A DNA stretch of 55,630 bases, from assembly GCA_003660555.1 (NCBI GenBank), contig QMUK01000001.1, positions 1 to 55,630 on the forward strand, read 5' to 3'. The position numbers and the translations under genes are program-made. Below, piece by piece: positions 18,397 to 27,976 of this stretch (position 1 is the first letter of the stretch; every line of letters begins with the position of its first letter). Below the pieces are notes generated by a model, which ran no database searches, had not been told where the DNA came from, and saw nothing but the letters and a program-made list of their open reading frames with translations. Source of the DNA: Thermococci archaeon. GTDB taxonomy: Archaea; Hadarchaeota; B88-G9.

Positions 18397-18756
18397 TTGC
18401 ACGAGTTCAGTGTCATGGAGAGAACAGTGAGAAGAATACTAGAGAGGCTAAACGGTGAAAATTACGAACGAGTCCTAAAGGTCAGAATGGTGGTGGGAGA
18501 ATTGACCCATCTCTCAGAAGAACAGATGAAGTTCTCATTCCAAGTGTTAACCAAAGGGACACCTTTGGAGGGTTCCGTGCTGGAGATAGTAAAGAAGAGA
18601 GCTAAGGTCAAGTGTGAAGAATGTTCTTATCGGGGAGAGATACCCAGAGTAGATGGATCTTACTTCCTACCACTGTTCAAGTGTCCGAGCTGCGGAGGGA
18701 AACTAATCATTCTAGAGGGAAGAGAGTGCTATGTAGACAGCGTGGAGGTTGAGTGA
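18397..18756 (+). CDS. hypA: Hydrogenase nickel-insertion protein HypA
   Basis: N-terminal MHEFSV (TTG start). Zinc site CEECS...CPSCGG. Adjacent to hypC. Confidence 0.85.
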   Translation: MHEFSVMERTVRRILERLNGENYERVLKVRMVVGELTHLSEEQMKFSFQVLTKGTPLEGSVLEIVKKRAKVKCEECSYRGEIPRVDGSYFLPLFKCPSCGGKLIILEGRECYVDSVEVE

Positions 18757-18758
18757 AA

Positions 18759-18980
18759 ATGTGTTTGGCATACCCTGGGAAAGTGGTAAAGATATTAAAT
18801 GAAAATCAGGCGCTAGTGGACTTCGGAGGAGTGAAAAAGGCAGTGAACACTTCTCTAGTGGACGATGTAAAGATAGGCGAGTACCTCTTGGTACACGCTG
18901 GATATGCCATACAAGTCATAGACGAGGAAGAGGCGAAGAAGACTATAGAAATATGGAAGGAACTGCTAGAGTCGATCTGA
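18759..18980 (+). CDS. hypC: Hydrogenase assembly chaperone HypC
   Basis: Canonical N-terminus MCLAYPGKVV. The ORF-track start at 18753 would bury the essential Cys2, so the ATG at 18759 is preferred. Confidence 0.9.
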   Translation: MCLAYPGKVVKILNENQALVDFGGVKKAVNTSLVDDVKIGEYLLVHAGYAIQVIDEEEAKKTIEIWKELLESI

Positions 18981-21182
18981 AGCTATCAGGTTTTGCCCTA
19001 CGGATATCCCACCATCCCCGTTTGGTATTTCGTTATGCATTGCAGCATCTCGTCCTTCTTTCTCGAGAATCTCGCAGAAAATATCACATATAACTTGATT
19101 GTAGCTCACTCCTCCCGTGATCCCTATGACGTCAGCACCGGATTCGAGAGCTATGTACACCAATTCTCTCAAAACAGCTCTAACAGCAGAGTATGCTAGT
19201 TCACCCCGTTCCCTCTCACCTTTAGCTCTGGGTAATCTCTCGATTAATTCTTGAAATACTGGCGTTATTAGCACAGTCTTTCTGCCATTCAGGGAAGTAG
19301 AGTACGTTTCGATTAAATTCTCATCAACTCCCTTCGAGGATCCAATCAGTAGTAATTTCTCTAGCTTCATAGCTGGCTCGCCATCGTATGTCCTTCTTTG
19401 ACAGACGTCAAAGAGAGACGAGAGCGCATCTAGGAACCTACCGAAACTAGTAGTAATTGGAGAGTCCTTTAAAATCCTCCTCAGAATCTCAGCATCTTCT
19501 ATTTCCATTTCTATTCCTGCCTTCTCACATATGGAGAACAAGATTCTTTTAGGACTTTCAATAGCTTTCTCTCCCCCAGGAAGAGGTATTTCTTCTAGAG
19601 ATCCTATTCTAGAAAAATCAGAGTTGGTCGATCGTATTACTTCCCCGCCCCAAGCTTTACCATCCAATCCGTATCCAGTACCATCCAAAGCCAAGGCGAC
19701 GAGCTCATCTAGACCGTTATCGAAGGCTAAGGATCTGCAATGAGCCCAATGATGCTGTACTTCTACTAATTCACAAGAGTATTCTTCAGAGAGTCTTCTA
19801 GCCAAGTCTCTATAGGAATATCCTGGATGTAGGTCTATAACTATCTTGTCTAGTTCTTTGAGATTCAGCCATCTTAGAAATTTCCTTATTGTTTCCTCCA
19901 TGTACTCCAATACTGAATACTTCCATAGATTACCGATGAAGTGTGACAGGTAAAGTCTACCATTTTTACTAATCGAAAAAGTAGAATTCAGCTCTGCACC
20001 GAGAGAAAGGATGTTTTCATAGTAATTCACTTGGAAATACTTGGGACAGAATCCTCTTGACCTTCTTATGAAGAATTTCCTTCCATTGTATACTCTTAAT
20101 AGGGAGTCGTCTATCCTGTTAACTATTTTTCTATTGTGGAGCAAATACGAGTCTGCTTTAAGAACAAAGGCCTCTTCGTTATCTATAGCCATGGCCTCTC
20201 CAGGGGGATTTGCTGAAGTGAATATTAGCAAGTCTTGAGAGCAGAACTCAAATATAAGGTAGTGTAATCCGCTATACGGGAGCATGATTCCGATATTCGG
20301 CAAACCAGGAGCTACTCCATCTAGCTCATCCGAAATTTCTTTCTTCTTTCTCAGGATCACTATTGGTCTCTCAGGAGACGTAAGGACTTTTTCTTCATCC
20401 TTAGATATTTCCGCGTACTTCTTAGCCGACTTCAAGTCTCTAGCCATAACAGCGAATGGTTTCTGCTCTCTCCTGTAATACTTCCTGAGTTTCTGAGCAC
20501 AATCAATCCTGGAGACCAAGTGCATTCCCCCCCATCCTTTCACTAGCCCTATTCCTCCGGATTCTATCAACTTAGAGAATTTTTCTATCGATTCTAGAGT
20601 ATCAGAGGATATCAGCTTCCTGTTTCCATCGTAAAGGAAGTACTTGGGGCCACATTTCCAACAAGAGATCGTCTGTGCGTGATATCTCCTGTTGTTCACG
20701 TCTTTGAACTCGGAGAGACACTCACTACATAGAGGAAACTCCTTCATTGCAGTTCTCTCTCTATCGTAAGGTAAATCCTCAATTATTGAATATCTCGCAC
20801 CACAATTCACGCAATTAGTAAATGGATACATGTATCTCCTATTTTTTGAATTGAAAATTTCTTTGAGACATTCACTACATATTCCAACATCTGGGTGAAG
20901 AAACGAATCTACCTCTCCCTTTTCACTACTTAGAATATTAAATCCAGTGTGCTTGGAATCTAATTTGAAATCTATTACTTCTATGGAGTCTATCTTAGCC
21001 AGAGGAGGAAGATTGTTTATTAAGTTCTCCAAAAACTCACTATGATCACCATTTATGGCAATTTCTACGTGAGATCCCTTGTTTATTACGTACCCGCTCA
21101 AGCCGAGTCTCTTCGCTATTCTCACCACAGTGGGTCTGAAGCCCACACCTTGAACTATTCCCCGTATTATCAGTTTGACCAA
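18966..21182 (-). CDS. hypF: [NiFe]-hydrogenase maturation carbamoyltransferase HypF
   Basis: Acylphosphatase domain IIRGIVQGVGFRP. Two CxxC...CxxC zinc-finger pairs (CSECLKE..CVNCGARY; CSECLSE..CWKCGPKY). YrdC-like and Kae1-like C-terminal halves. 738 aa. Confidence 0.95.
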   Translation of the reverse strand: MVKLIIRGIVQGVGFRPTVVRIAKRLGLSGYVINKGSHVEIAINGDHSEFLENLINNLPPLAKIDSIEVIDFKLDSKHTGFNILSSEKGEVDSFLHPDVGICSECLKEIFNSKNRRYMYPFTNCVNCGARYSIIEDLPYDRERTAMKEFPLCSECLSEFKDVNNRRYHAQTISCWKCGPKYFLYDGNRKLISSDTLESIEKFSKLIESGGIGLVKGWGGMHLVSRIDCAQKLRKYYRREQKPFAVMARDLKSAKKYAEISKDEEKVLTSPERPIVILRKKKEISDELDGVAPGLPNIGIMLPYSGLHYLIFEFCSQDLLIFTSANPPGEAMAIDNEEAFVLKADSYLLHNRKIVNRIDDSLLRVYNGRKFFIRRSRGFCPKYFQVNYYENILSLGAELNSTFSISKNGRLYLSHFIGNLWKYSVLEYMEETIRKFLRWLNLKELDKIVIDLHPGYSYRDLARRLSEEYSCELVEVQHHWAHCRSLAFDNGLDELVALALDGTGYGLDGKAWGGEVIRSTNSDFSRIGSLEEIPLPGGEKAIESPKRILFSICEKAGIEMEIEDAEILRRILKDSPITTSFGRFLDALSSLFDVCQRRTYDGEPAMKLEKLLLIGSSKGVDENLIETYSTSLNGRKTVLITPVFQELIERLPRAKGERERGELAYSAVRAVLRELVYIALESGADVIGITGGVSYNQVICDIFCEILEKEGRDAAMHNEIPNGDGGISVGQNLIASDRL

Positions 21183-22112
21183 TCACTCTCCCTCCACTGT
21201 AAATCCACTCACTCTTCTCTCGTACTCTAATTCGGTGTAGATTCCATTTCTCAGGAGTATCTCGTTAGCCTCTTCTAAGCTCTTGGTATTAGAGATCAAT
21301 TTGGAAATTCCGTTGACCTGATATACCACTTCAGTCCTGAAGTAAAAGGTAATTAGAGAGAGAGGAGTGAGATTGGCCACCCTCCTTCCACCTCTCATCT
21401 CATGCAATCCTAGTTCTCCCTTCATAACTAGGAGGGGCAGCATACTGGCTTCAGTGGGAACTTCTTTAGTTAGCTCTTCCATTTCTTCAGCTACTTCTAC
21501 GTCAAGACCTATGGACCAGACGTATCCTCCTTTCTTGCAGATCTCAGAGAATCTCTCGTTTAACTCTCTAACGCTTAATTCTCCGTCCGAACCATATCCG
21601 AACACACCTATCAGGGTATCTACGCCCTTTAGTGAATTAAGAGCAGCTAGCATCAAAGAATCAGCTAGTGGACTCCTTAGTCCAGGCTCATTACCTCTTG
21701 CTAACACGTCTCCCCCAACGTCTATGCCAATCACTAGGTCGAAGCCAAGCTCACACACGACGTCTTCTAGGCTCTCTCTAGTTCCCTCTACTCCACCGCT
21801 CACGTCTATTAAAATGACTTCTTTTCCAATCTTAGAGGAGATTAAGCTCTCAGAGAACATTACACCACTCTCAGTCCTAGTTTCACTGTTAGCAAGTACA
21901 GCATACTTTGATATTCTCCTAGCGTTTATTATCTCTTCTGTTTTTCTTGGTCCAGGCTTTGGATCCACTATTAGTCTCTCCCAAGTAAGTCCCCCTAGGT
22001 ACACGTCCTTTTTAATACTCTCTAGGAACCTATACGTTGGAAGAGTCCCTACTACGTCACCACCTCCGCCCATGCCTATTAGTAACACCCTCTCGTACTC
22101 TTGGAATATCAT
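21183..22112 (-). CDS. Conserved archaeal protein, DUF1152-like (GGGGD motif)
   Basis: LLIGMGGGGDVVGTLP near the N-terminus and IDVGGDVLA in the middle, as I recall for DUF1152. Its stop codon abuts the hypF start codon (21183/21182). Confidence 0.5.
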   Translation of the reverse strand: MIFQEYERVLLIGMGGGGDVVGTLPTYRFLESIKKDVYLGGLTWERLIVDPKPGPRKTEEIINARRISKYAVLANSETRTESGVMFSESLISSKIGKEVILIDVSGGVEGTRESLEDVVCELGFDLVIGIDVGGDVLARGNEPGLRSPLADSLMLAALNSLKGVDTLIGVFGYGSDGELSVRELNERFSEICKKGGYVWSIGLDVEVAEEMEELTKEVPTEASMLPLLVMKGELGLHEMRGGRRVANLTPLSLITFYFRTEVVYQVNGISKLISNTKSLEEANEILLRNGIYTELEYERRVSGFTVEGE

Positions 22113-22205
22113 CTTGATACCTCCATAAGTAATATATAGTAGGTACGTATTACGTTCTGGGGGATTGGGCTGAGGGCTCTGGTACCACTGCTAATAACAT
22201 TAACC

Positions 22206-23678
22206 TTGCTTTCGACTCAGTGTGTAGAGAGCAAAGATGAATTCTGTAAATGGCCAGATTGCAAGGACTTTTCGTTTGCTCTGAGAATAGACATAGATGA
22301 ACCTCTCACGAACAAGGAAGTAGAGGAAATAAATAATCTATTAAAGGAAAAGGAAGTGAAAGCCACGTTCTTTTTCTCAGGAGTTCTGATAAACCAAATG
22401 AAAGAACAGATAAAATATCTGGAGAGAAATGGACATGAAATAGCATTACTCAACTACTACTTTCAACCTTTCCATAAGTGGCTTACCAGCCCGAAAAAGG
22501 AGATGGAACGACTCTACCTACCAACTAAAACTTCCAGAGACTACTACCCTGAGGTAAATAGAGGAACAGGCCTAATTTTGTATAAAGCTCATGTGAACGA
22601 ATTGAGTGTCCGAGAAATTTCTAGGAGCATGCAGCTACTTGACACACTCGGAATAGAATATTATGGCTTCGGAGGAATAGAAACTGAGGTAATAGGTGGA
22701 ATCCCAAAGGAACCTGGGGAAAGTAGAATAAAGGGGTTTAAGTACGTATCTTTCGATGAAACGGGATACTACTTCCCAAAAATAGAAGAAAAGGACGGAG
22801 ATTTAATAATACACGTACCACCGACTATGGGGGATGAGATAGACTCCGGAACATCGAAGGACTTCCTGGAGATACTCTGGGTAAGAGAAACTCCCATTTC
22901 AGGGGGAAAGAGAGTATCGATAGGAATTAGAAACAACTGGAAGGATAAAACAACTGTCTACTTAGATGTGCTACTTCCACCAGCCTTGGAGGAATTAGAA
23001 GTGAGTATCCCATGGGTCTACTCAGAGTTAGAAGGGAAGTATCTACATGTGTTGCTTAGGACCCAGGTTCCTCCGAATGAGACAGAAGAAGTCAAGATAT
23101 CATACAAAGTTAAGAAGGAGTTAGTTGAATATGAAGTGAAGTATAGGAGTTTCGCTGAGTGGTCTCCAAGAGAGTTGAGAATAGACGTCGACTCTGGAGG
23201 AATAATAGAATATCCCATAATAGTCTGGAGTCCAGACGTTGCCCTAGAAACTTGGAAAAAGAAAATGGACAAGATCAGAGAGAAAGGTGGGATGGCCACT
23301 GTTAGGATACAAGCAAAAACTATTCTCGAAGTTCCAGATATTCTGGAGATAGTAGAGTACGCTAGACAGAGGGGAGCGTGGATTACTCTATACAGAGACA
23401 TAGCCAATTGGTGGTCTCTCAAAGACAGCATAGAGATAGGCGAGACCCAAATTTTCCCAGGAAGTCAATCAACCCTTCTTAGAATACCCGTCTATAACAA
23501 GGAAGGAGTGAGGCTGAGTGGATACCCGATATCCATAGTATTAGAGGAGAATTGTTCATTCCTCCCAGATTATCCCTATAAAATCCTAGAAAAAGACGGA
23601 AAGAGAATAATGGTAGTATCTCTAGATTTCGATGAGGAGGAAAAAGTTAAGAGAATAGACGTCATAACAGATTGCTGA
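22206..23678 (+). CDS. Divergent polysaccharide-deacetylase-like protein (two-domain), possibly exported
   Basis: FALRIDIDE...KATFFFSG...NGHEIALLNYY resembles NodB-fold motifs with altered catalytic residues. The in-frame upstream sequence (22143-22205) encodes a signal-peptide-like stretch but has no canonical start codon. Confidence 0.4.
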   Translation: MLSTQCVESKDEFCKWPDCKDFSFALRIDIDEPLTNKEVEEINNLLKEKEVKATFFFSGVLINQMKEQIKYLERNGHEIALLNYYFQPFHKWLTSPKKEMERLYLPTKTSRDYYPEVNRGTGLILYKAHVNELSVREISRSMQLLDTLGIEYYGFGGIETEVIGGIPKEPGESRIKGFKYVSFDETGYYFPKIEEKDGDLIIHVPPTMGDEIDSGTSKDFLEILWVRETPISGGKRVSIGIRNNWKDKTTVYLDVLLPPALEELEVSIPWVYSELEGKYLHVLLRTQVPPNETEEVKISYKVKKELVEYEVKYRSFAEWSPRELRIDVDSGGIIEYPIIVWSPDVALETWKKKMDKIREKGGMATVRIQAKTILEVPDILEIVEYARQRGAWITLYRDIANWWSLKDSIEIGETQIFPGSQSTLLRIPVYNKEGVRLSGYPISIVLEENCSFLPDYPYKILEKDGKRIMVVSLDFDEEEKVKRIDVITDC

Positions 23679-24268
23679 TGCCCTCCCCAATCCCCACTCC
23701 AAGAAATTTAAGTGAGGCAATTAGGATACAGATCGAATGGAGTAGGTTATTTGAATTCGACTATCCTAGTATAGACAGGATACTATGCGTCGACTCATCT
23801 TACTCAATTGATCAAAAATCAATGTACACAGTCTTGCTTGGATTCAATCTAGAGGGGGAGAGAATTCTCAAGGACGAATTACACTCCGAAGTGAACTTTC
23901 CCTATATACCCACGCTCTTCTGTTTCAGAGAGGGACCACCCCAGACGAGAATACTAGAGAAGTACGCTTCCGAGGGAGACTTGATTGTCGTAAATGGGCA
24001 TGGAATAGCTCATCCTAGGAGATTCGGTCTAGCGACTTACGTAGGTGTAAGTTTAGACTCTCCAACACTGGGTCTAGCTAAAAAGAAAATAGTTGGGGAG
24101 TATAATGGAGATTACCTAGTTCACATGGGAGAGGTAGTTGGGAGAAGGGTAGGAGGATTTTTAGCTAGTGTGGGTCACAGATTCAATCTAGACGACATAG
24201 AAATAATAAGACTGTGTACCCGTTTAATGAGGAGGACACACAATGAGTGTCGCAGGGGATGGAAATAA
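23678..24268 (+). CDS. nfi: Endonuclease V
   Basis: Motifs CVDSSY, YIPTLFCFREGPP, VNGHGIAHPRRFGLATYVGV, PTLGLAKKK. The ATG overlaps the upstream stop codon (TGATG). Confidence 0.85.
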   Translation: MPSPIPTPRNLSEAIRIQIEWSRLFEFDYPSIDRILCVDSSYSIDQKSMYTVLLGFNLEGERILKDELHSEVNFPYIPTLFCFREGPPQTRILEKYASEGDLIVVNGHGIAHPRRFGLATYVGVSLDSPTLGLAKKKIVGEYNGDYLVHMGEVVGRRVGGFLASVGHRFNLDDIEIIRLCTRLMRRTHNECRRGWK

Positions 24269-25589
24269 AGGGAAAAAGAAAGCTCTAGTGTTGATAGACG
24301 GCGAACATTATCCACCAGTAATCAAAGAGGCAATAGACAATTTATCCAAAAAATATAAGATTTTAGGCGCGTACTTCATTGGAGGAACTGAGAAAATAGG
24401 AGAAAGGTCATTGGAATCAGAACTAGGACTGAATGTATATGATAAAAACCTAAGAGATGTGATTAGAAGATTAAGAGCGGAAGTAGTAATAGATCTGAGT
24501 GATGAACCAGTAGTGGACTATGAAAGGAGATTCCTTCTAGCTTCCGAAGTGTTGATTGAGGGGAGTTCATACATAGGCCCGGATTTCACTTTCTCACCAC
24601 CAGAGCTATTCGAAGTGTTAAACAAACCCTCCATATCCATAATAGGAACCGGGAAAAGAGTAGGTAAAACTGCTGTCTCTGGCTACGTATCTAGGCTATT
24701 AAAGGAAAATGGATTAGATCCAATAGTCATTACAATGGGGAGAGGAGGGCCAAAGGAACCAGAAATTATCAATAGCGGAACTAAGATAACTCCAGAGAGT
24801 TTACTTGAGATTTCCAAGAAAGGAGGTCACGCAGCCTCAGATCATTGGGAGGACGCACTTACCAGTGGAGTGACCACTATAGGATGCAGGAGATGCGGAG
24901 GAGGTTTAGCTGGAAAGACTTTCTTTAACAACGTCATTAGTGGAGCAGAAATATCTAATTCGATGAGTGGAGGAATAGTAATAGTAGAGGGAAGTGGAGC
25001 AGCAATACCACCAATTAAGACAGATAAGGTAATTCTAGTTGGGAGTGGAAGAAAAAAAGGAATATCTAAGTTCTTCGGAAGATACAGGATCCTATTGTCC
25101 GATTTAGTAATTTTAACTTCCTGTGAAGATCAGGGGAAGTCTAGAGAAATAAAGGAGGAAGTACTCTCTGTCAAGAATATACCAGTAGTAGAGACAGTAT
25201 TTAGGCCAGAACCGCTCGGAAATGTAGAGGGAAAGAGGTGTTTCCTCATAGCAACCTCTAAACAGATGGTCAAAAACATACCCTACTTAGAGGAGAGGTA
25301 CGGCTGCGAGATAGTTGGATTTTCTCCGAACCTATCCAATAGGACTAAACTCAAGAAGGAGATCGAAGAAACACTTAGTGGTGTAGAAGTCGTGCTAACA
25401 GAGCTCAAGGCATCTGCAGTAGACTTGGTTACTAGAGAAGCTCTTGCTAAGGGCAAAGAGGTTATATATTACGACAACGTCCCTATTGGGATACCGTCGA
25501 ATAAAGTTTTAACTGAGGAGATACTCAGACTAGTAGGAGAAGCGAGGAGAGGTTGGGATTGGAGAGAGGGAGAAGAAAAGGAGTCCTAA
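24243..25589 (+). CDS. cpgS: Cyclic 2,3-diphosphoglycerate synthetase
   Basis: About 450 aa. N-terminal LIDGEHYPPVI signature. P-loop-like IIGTGKRVGKT. Immediately followed by, and overlapping, the 2-phosphoglycerate kinase gene. Confidence 0.75.
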   Translation: MSVAGDGNKGKKKALVLIDGEHYPPVIKEAIDNLSKKYKILGAYFIGGTEKIGERSLESELGLNVYDKNLRDVIRRLRAEVVIDLSDEPVVDYERRFLLASEVLIEGSSYIGPDFTFSPPELFEVLNKPSISIIGTGKRVGKTAVSGYVSRLLKENGLDPIVITMGRGGPKEPEIINSGTKITPESLLEISKKGGHAASDHWEDALTSGVTTIGCRRCGGGLAGKTFFNNVISGAEISNSMSGGIVIVEGSGAAIPPIKTDKVILVGSGRKKGISKFFGRYRILLSDLVILTSCEDQGKSREIKEEVLSVKNIPVVETVFRPEPLGNVEGKRCFLIATSKQMVKNIPYLEERYGCEIVGFSPNLSNRTKLKKEIEETLSGVEVVLTELKASAVDLVTREALAKGKEVIYYDNVPIGIPSNKVLTEEILRLVGEARRGWDWREGEEKES

Positions 25590-26470
25590 TAGAGGAGGAG
25601 AACGGGAGAACATCACCCTACTCTAAAGGTATTTTGGCCCAGAGATTAATGGTCTCAGGAATAAGCAGAGATAAAGCCTATGAGATAGCTAGGAAAATAG
25701 AGGAAAAACTAACTTCCAAGGGAGTAGAGAGAATAAAGCAGGAAAAACTCCAGGAAATAATATATGAAACAATAAAGGAGGAAGTAGGGGAAGAAGAGGC
25801 TGACAGATACAGATTATGGATAAAAATAAAGAGGAAAAAGGAGCCGATAATAATATTGTTGGGAGGAGCAACGGGTTGTGGCAAATCCACAATAGCTTCT
25901 GAACTAGCTTACAGGCTTGGAATAAGGCACGTAGTCGGAACAGACGCCATAAGGGAGGTCATGAGGAGAATATTGTCTAAAGAACTAATGCCTTTTCTTC
26001 ATGAATCTTCCTACACGGCTTGGAGAGCCATACACGTGCCGATACCTCCCACATACGATGAAATGATAGTTGGCTTTGAAGAGCATGCTAAACACGTAGT
26101 AGTTGGAATAGAAGCAGTCCTGAGAAGAGCACTGGTTGAGGGGATGAACATGATAATAGAAGGAGTACACATAGTTCCAGGGTTCATAAAAAAAGAGTTC
26201 ACTGACTTGCCTAATGTAATTCCTATCATTCTTTACGTTGAAGATTCAGATGAGCATAAAATAAGATTTTATGCTAGAGCTCAGGAGGCCCCCTTTAGGA
26301 AACCAGTGGAGGAGTATATAAAGGACTTCGAGGCAATAAGGAGAATACAGAACTACCTAGTAAGACAAGCCGAAATATATGGGGTACCTGCTATAAAGAA
26401 CGAGTCGATGGAGGAAACAGTGGAGAGAATAATAGGAATAATAACTGAGAGGCTTAAGAGACTAGTCTAG
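25553..26470 (+). CDS. 2-phosphoglycerate kinase
   Basis: N-terminal ATP-cone-like PYSKGILAQRLMVSGISRDKAYEIARKIE. P-loop LLGGATGCGKSTIASELA. Length about 300 aa. TTG start. Confidence 0.8.
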   Translation: MGLERGRRKGVLIEEENGRTSPYSKGILAQRLMVSGISRDKAYEIARKIEEKLTSKGVERIKQEKLQEIIYETIKEEVGEEEADRYRLWIKIKRKKEPIIILLGGATGCGKSTIASELAYRLGIRHVVGTDAIREVMRRILSKELMPFLHESSYTAWRAIHVPIPPTYDEMIVGFEEHAKHVVVGIEAVLRRALVEGMNMIIEGVHIVPGFIKKEFTDLPNVIPIILYVEDSDEHKIRFYARAQEAPFRKPVEEYIKDFEAIRRIQNYLVRQAEIYGVPAIKNESMEETVERIIGIITERLKRLV

Positions 26471-27086
26471 TTTTTCATTGTACTGCTGGCCAATTACCCA
26501 TCGAAGTAATTGTTTAAGAGATGAGGCTCATTACGAGCCTGAAAAGAAAGCTGTATGAGGGAGGACTTGAGAGGTATCCAGCATTTCTATTTCTAGGCGA
26601 AAAGAATTCGAGAATTTCCATAGCTTAGTCATATGCTTTTTATTTCTCATGACAATATACTACTAAGGAAAATGGTCAGCACAGATTAGGAAAAGCTTTT
26701 CGCCATCACTTCAAAAGAGATTCTGGGAATATTAACTCAAACTCAGAATAAAACTCACCAGAATAATTGATCGCAATACCTATTGCTAGGACAGTCTCAG
26801 CCCTTTCTTAACTGCTCCATCACATTGAGCTGTCTCCTATTATTTTTTTCTCATCATCTTGCCACTCTTTCTCCTAACTCTGAACTTGACAAGTCACAAG
26901 GAGTCATGTGAAAGTAAGATGAGATTCACCTGCCTAGTGAGTATGCGAAAGGCAGTTGATGTGCTAAGTTGAGGGATTAAGGCCTATCTCAACAATACTT
27001 CCCAGCGGGAAGAGAAATGGAGGATCAAAGATTTTTTAGTGTTTTATACTCTTTGACTCACTAGCTCCAATTGGATTGTTGACTGC

Positions 27087-27596
27087 CTAATTTTCTCCCC
27101 CGTCTATTACTATCTTGGTCCTACAGGGGAGTTTAGCAGCAGCCCTTCTCAGAGCTTCCTTTGCCACTTCCAAATGCTCCTTCTTAACCCTAACGAGGAG
27201 AACGTCCTTCCCCTTTTTGACCCTAGCCGCAGTGCCTATCGGTTTTCCGAAGGCCCTTCGCATGCCATCCGAGTATCTATCAGCATGGTGTCCTATTGCC
27301 ACAGGATTCCATCTCAGTACGTGATGGGGATATACCTTGATCTTCAGATGGTAGTTTCCTCTTCCGAGACTTCTCTGCAGGTACTTGTTAGCGGCAACTC
27401 TCATGGCCTCTATGGCGTTATGTCTTATCTGCACGTCCTCCTTGGTTATAAGAGCCACACTTAGGTCGAAGTCTCCTTTGGGATTACCCATGTCGAACTG
27501 CGCTACCTTTATCCCCGGGACTCCTCTTATGAATTCTCTCCTAGTATAGGCTGGCCCTTTGATCTCTCGGAATATTCTAGCCGGTTTCAGGCCCAT
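27087..27596 (-). CDS. rpl10e: Large-subunit ribosomal protein L10e (uL16)
   Basis: [38 protein letters not shown]... is a typical archaeal L10e N-terminus. 169 aa. Confidence 0.95.
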   Translation of the reverse strand: MGLKPARIFREIKGPAYTRREFIRGVPGIKVAQFDMGNPKGDFDLSVALITKEDVQIRHNAIEAMRVAANKYLQRSLGRGNYHLKIKVYPHHVLRWNPVAIGHHADRYSDGMRRAFGKPIGTAARVKKGKDVLLVRVKKEHLEVAKEALRRAAAKLPCRTKIVIDGGEN

Positions 27597-27681
27597 GGGA
27601 CCACCTCACGACCTGAGCCCTATCAGCTGGAAACGTTTTAATTACTTTTCCCTATATGGGGGCTTGGCCGGAGGCTCAGAA

Positions 27682-27975
27682 ATGGCCAATAGCAAGTTAG
27701 ATAACCAAAACTCTGAGGTAGTAATAAGAGGAAAGTTCAACGTCACGATCAAACCAGTGAGAGGGAGGATATACGTCATAAGAGATAGATGTAAGGGATG
27801 TGGCTTTTGCGTGACTTTCTGTCCGAAAGGAGTCTTAGAGCTATCCGAGGATTTTAACTCCAAAGGTTACCACTATCCGATCCTGAAAGAGGAACCGCCA
27901 GATAAGATTTGCATAAACTGTGGATTTTGTTCACTAATATGCCCAGAATTTGCCATATTCAATGAGGAGGATTAG
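27682..27975 (+). CDS. korD: 2-oxoacid:ferredoxin oxidoreductase, delta (2x[4Fe-4S] ferredoxin) subunit
   Basis: CKGCGFCVTFCP and CINCGFCSLICP. ATG at 27682 preceded by GGAGG. The N-terminal extension in the ORF track overlaps the divergent rpl10e gene. Confidence 0.85.
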   Translation: MANSKLDNQNSEVVIRGKFNVTIKPVRGRIYVIRDRCKGCGFCVTFCPKGVLELSEDFNSKGYHYPILKEEPPDKICINCGFCSLICPEFAIFNEED

Positions 27976-27976
27976 C

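Noticed and set aside
21367-22128. 253-aa plus-strand ORF antisense to the DUF1152-like gene. Analogous long antisense ORFs occur at 12436..13020, 13529..14008, 16610..17008, 41569..42027, 46773..47363 and 47392..47808.
   Set aside because: All are mirror-frame artefacts of purine-rich genes. Their products are S/P/L/T-rich and none has start-site signals.
26794-26863. Minus-strand ATGATGA ... GTGATGG ... CTGA arrangement reminiscent of a C/D-box sRNA within the 616-bp spacer.
   Set aside because: The spacers are about 27 and 16 nt instead of about 12 nt. There is no credible D' box and no terminal pairing.
27559-27681. N-terminal extensions offered by the ORF track for korD (27559). The same applies to hdrA (30446), korA (27950), the 40720 gene (to 41634), TauE (49024), the Hsp20-like gene (49776), the DUF362 gene (49089) and hypC (18753).
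   Set aside because: The extensions overlap neighbouring genes or divergent promoters and lack homology-like sequence. Internal ATG/TTG starts with GGAGG-type SD motifs or TATA spacing fit better.
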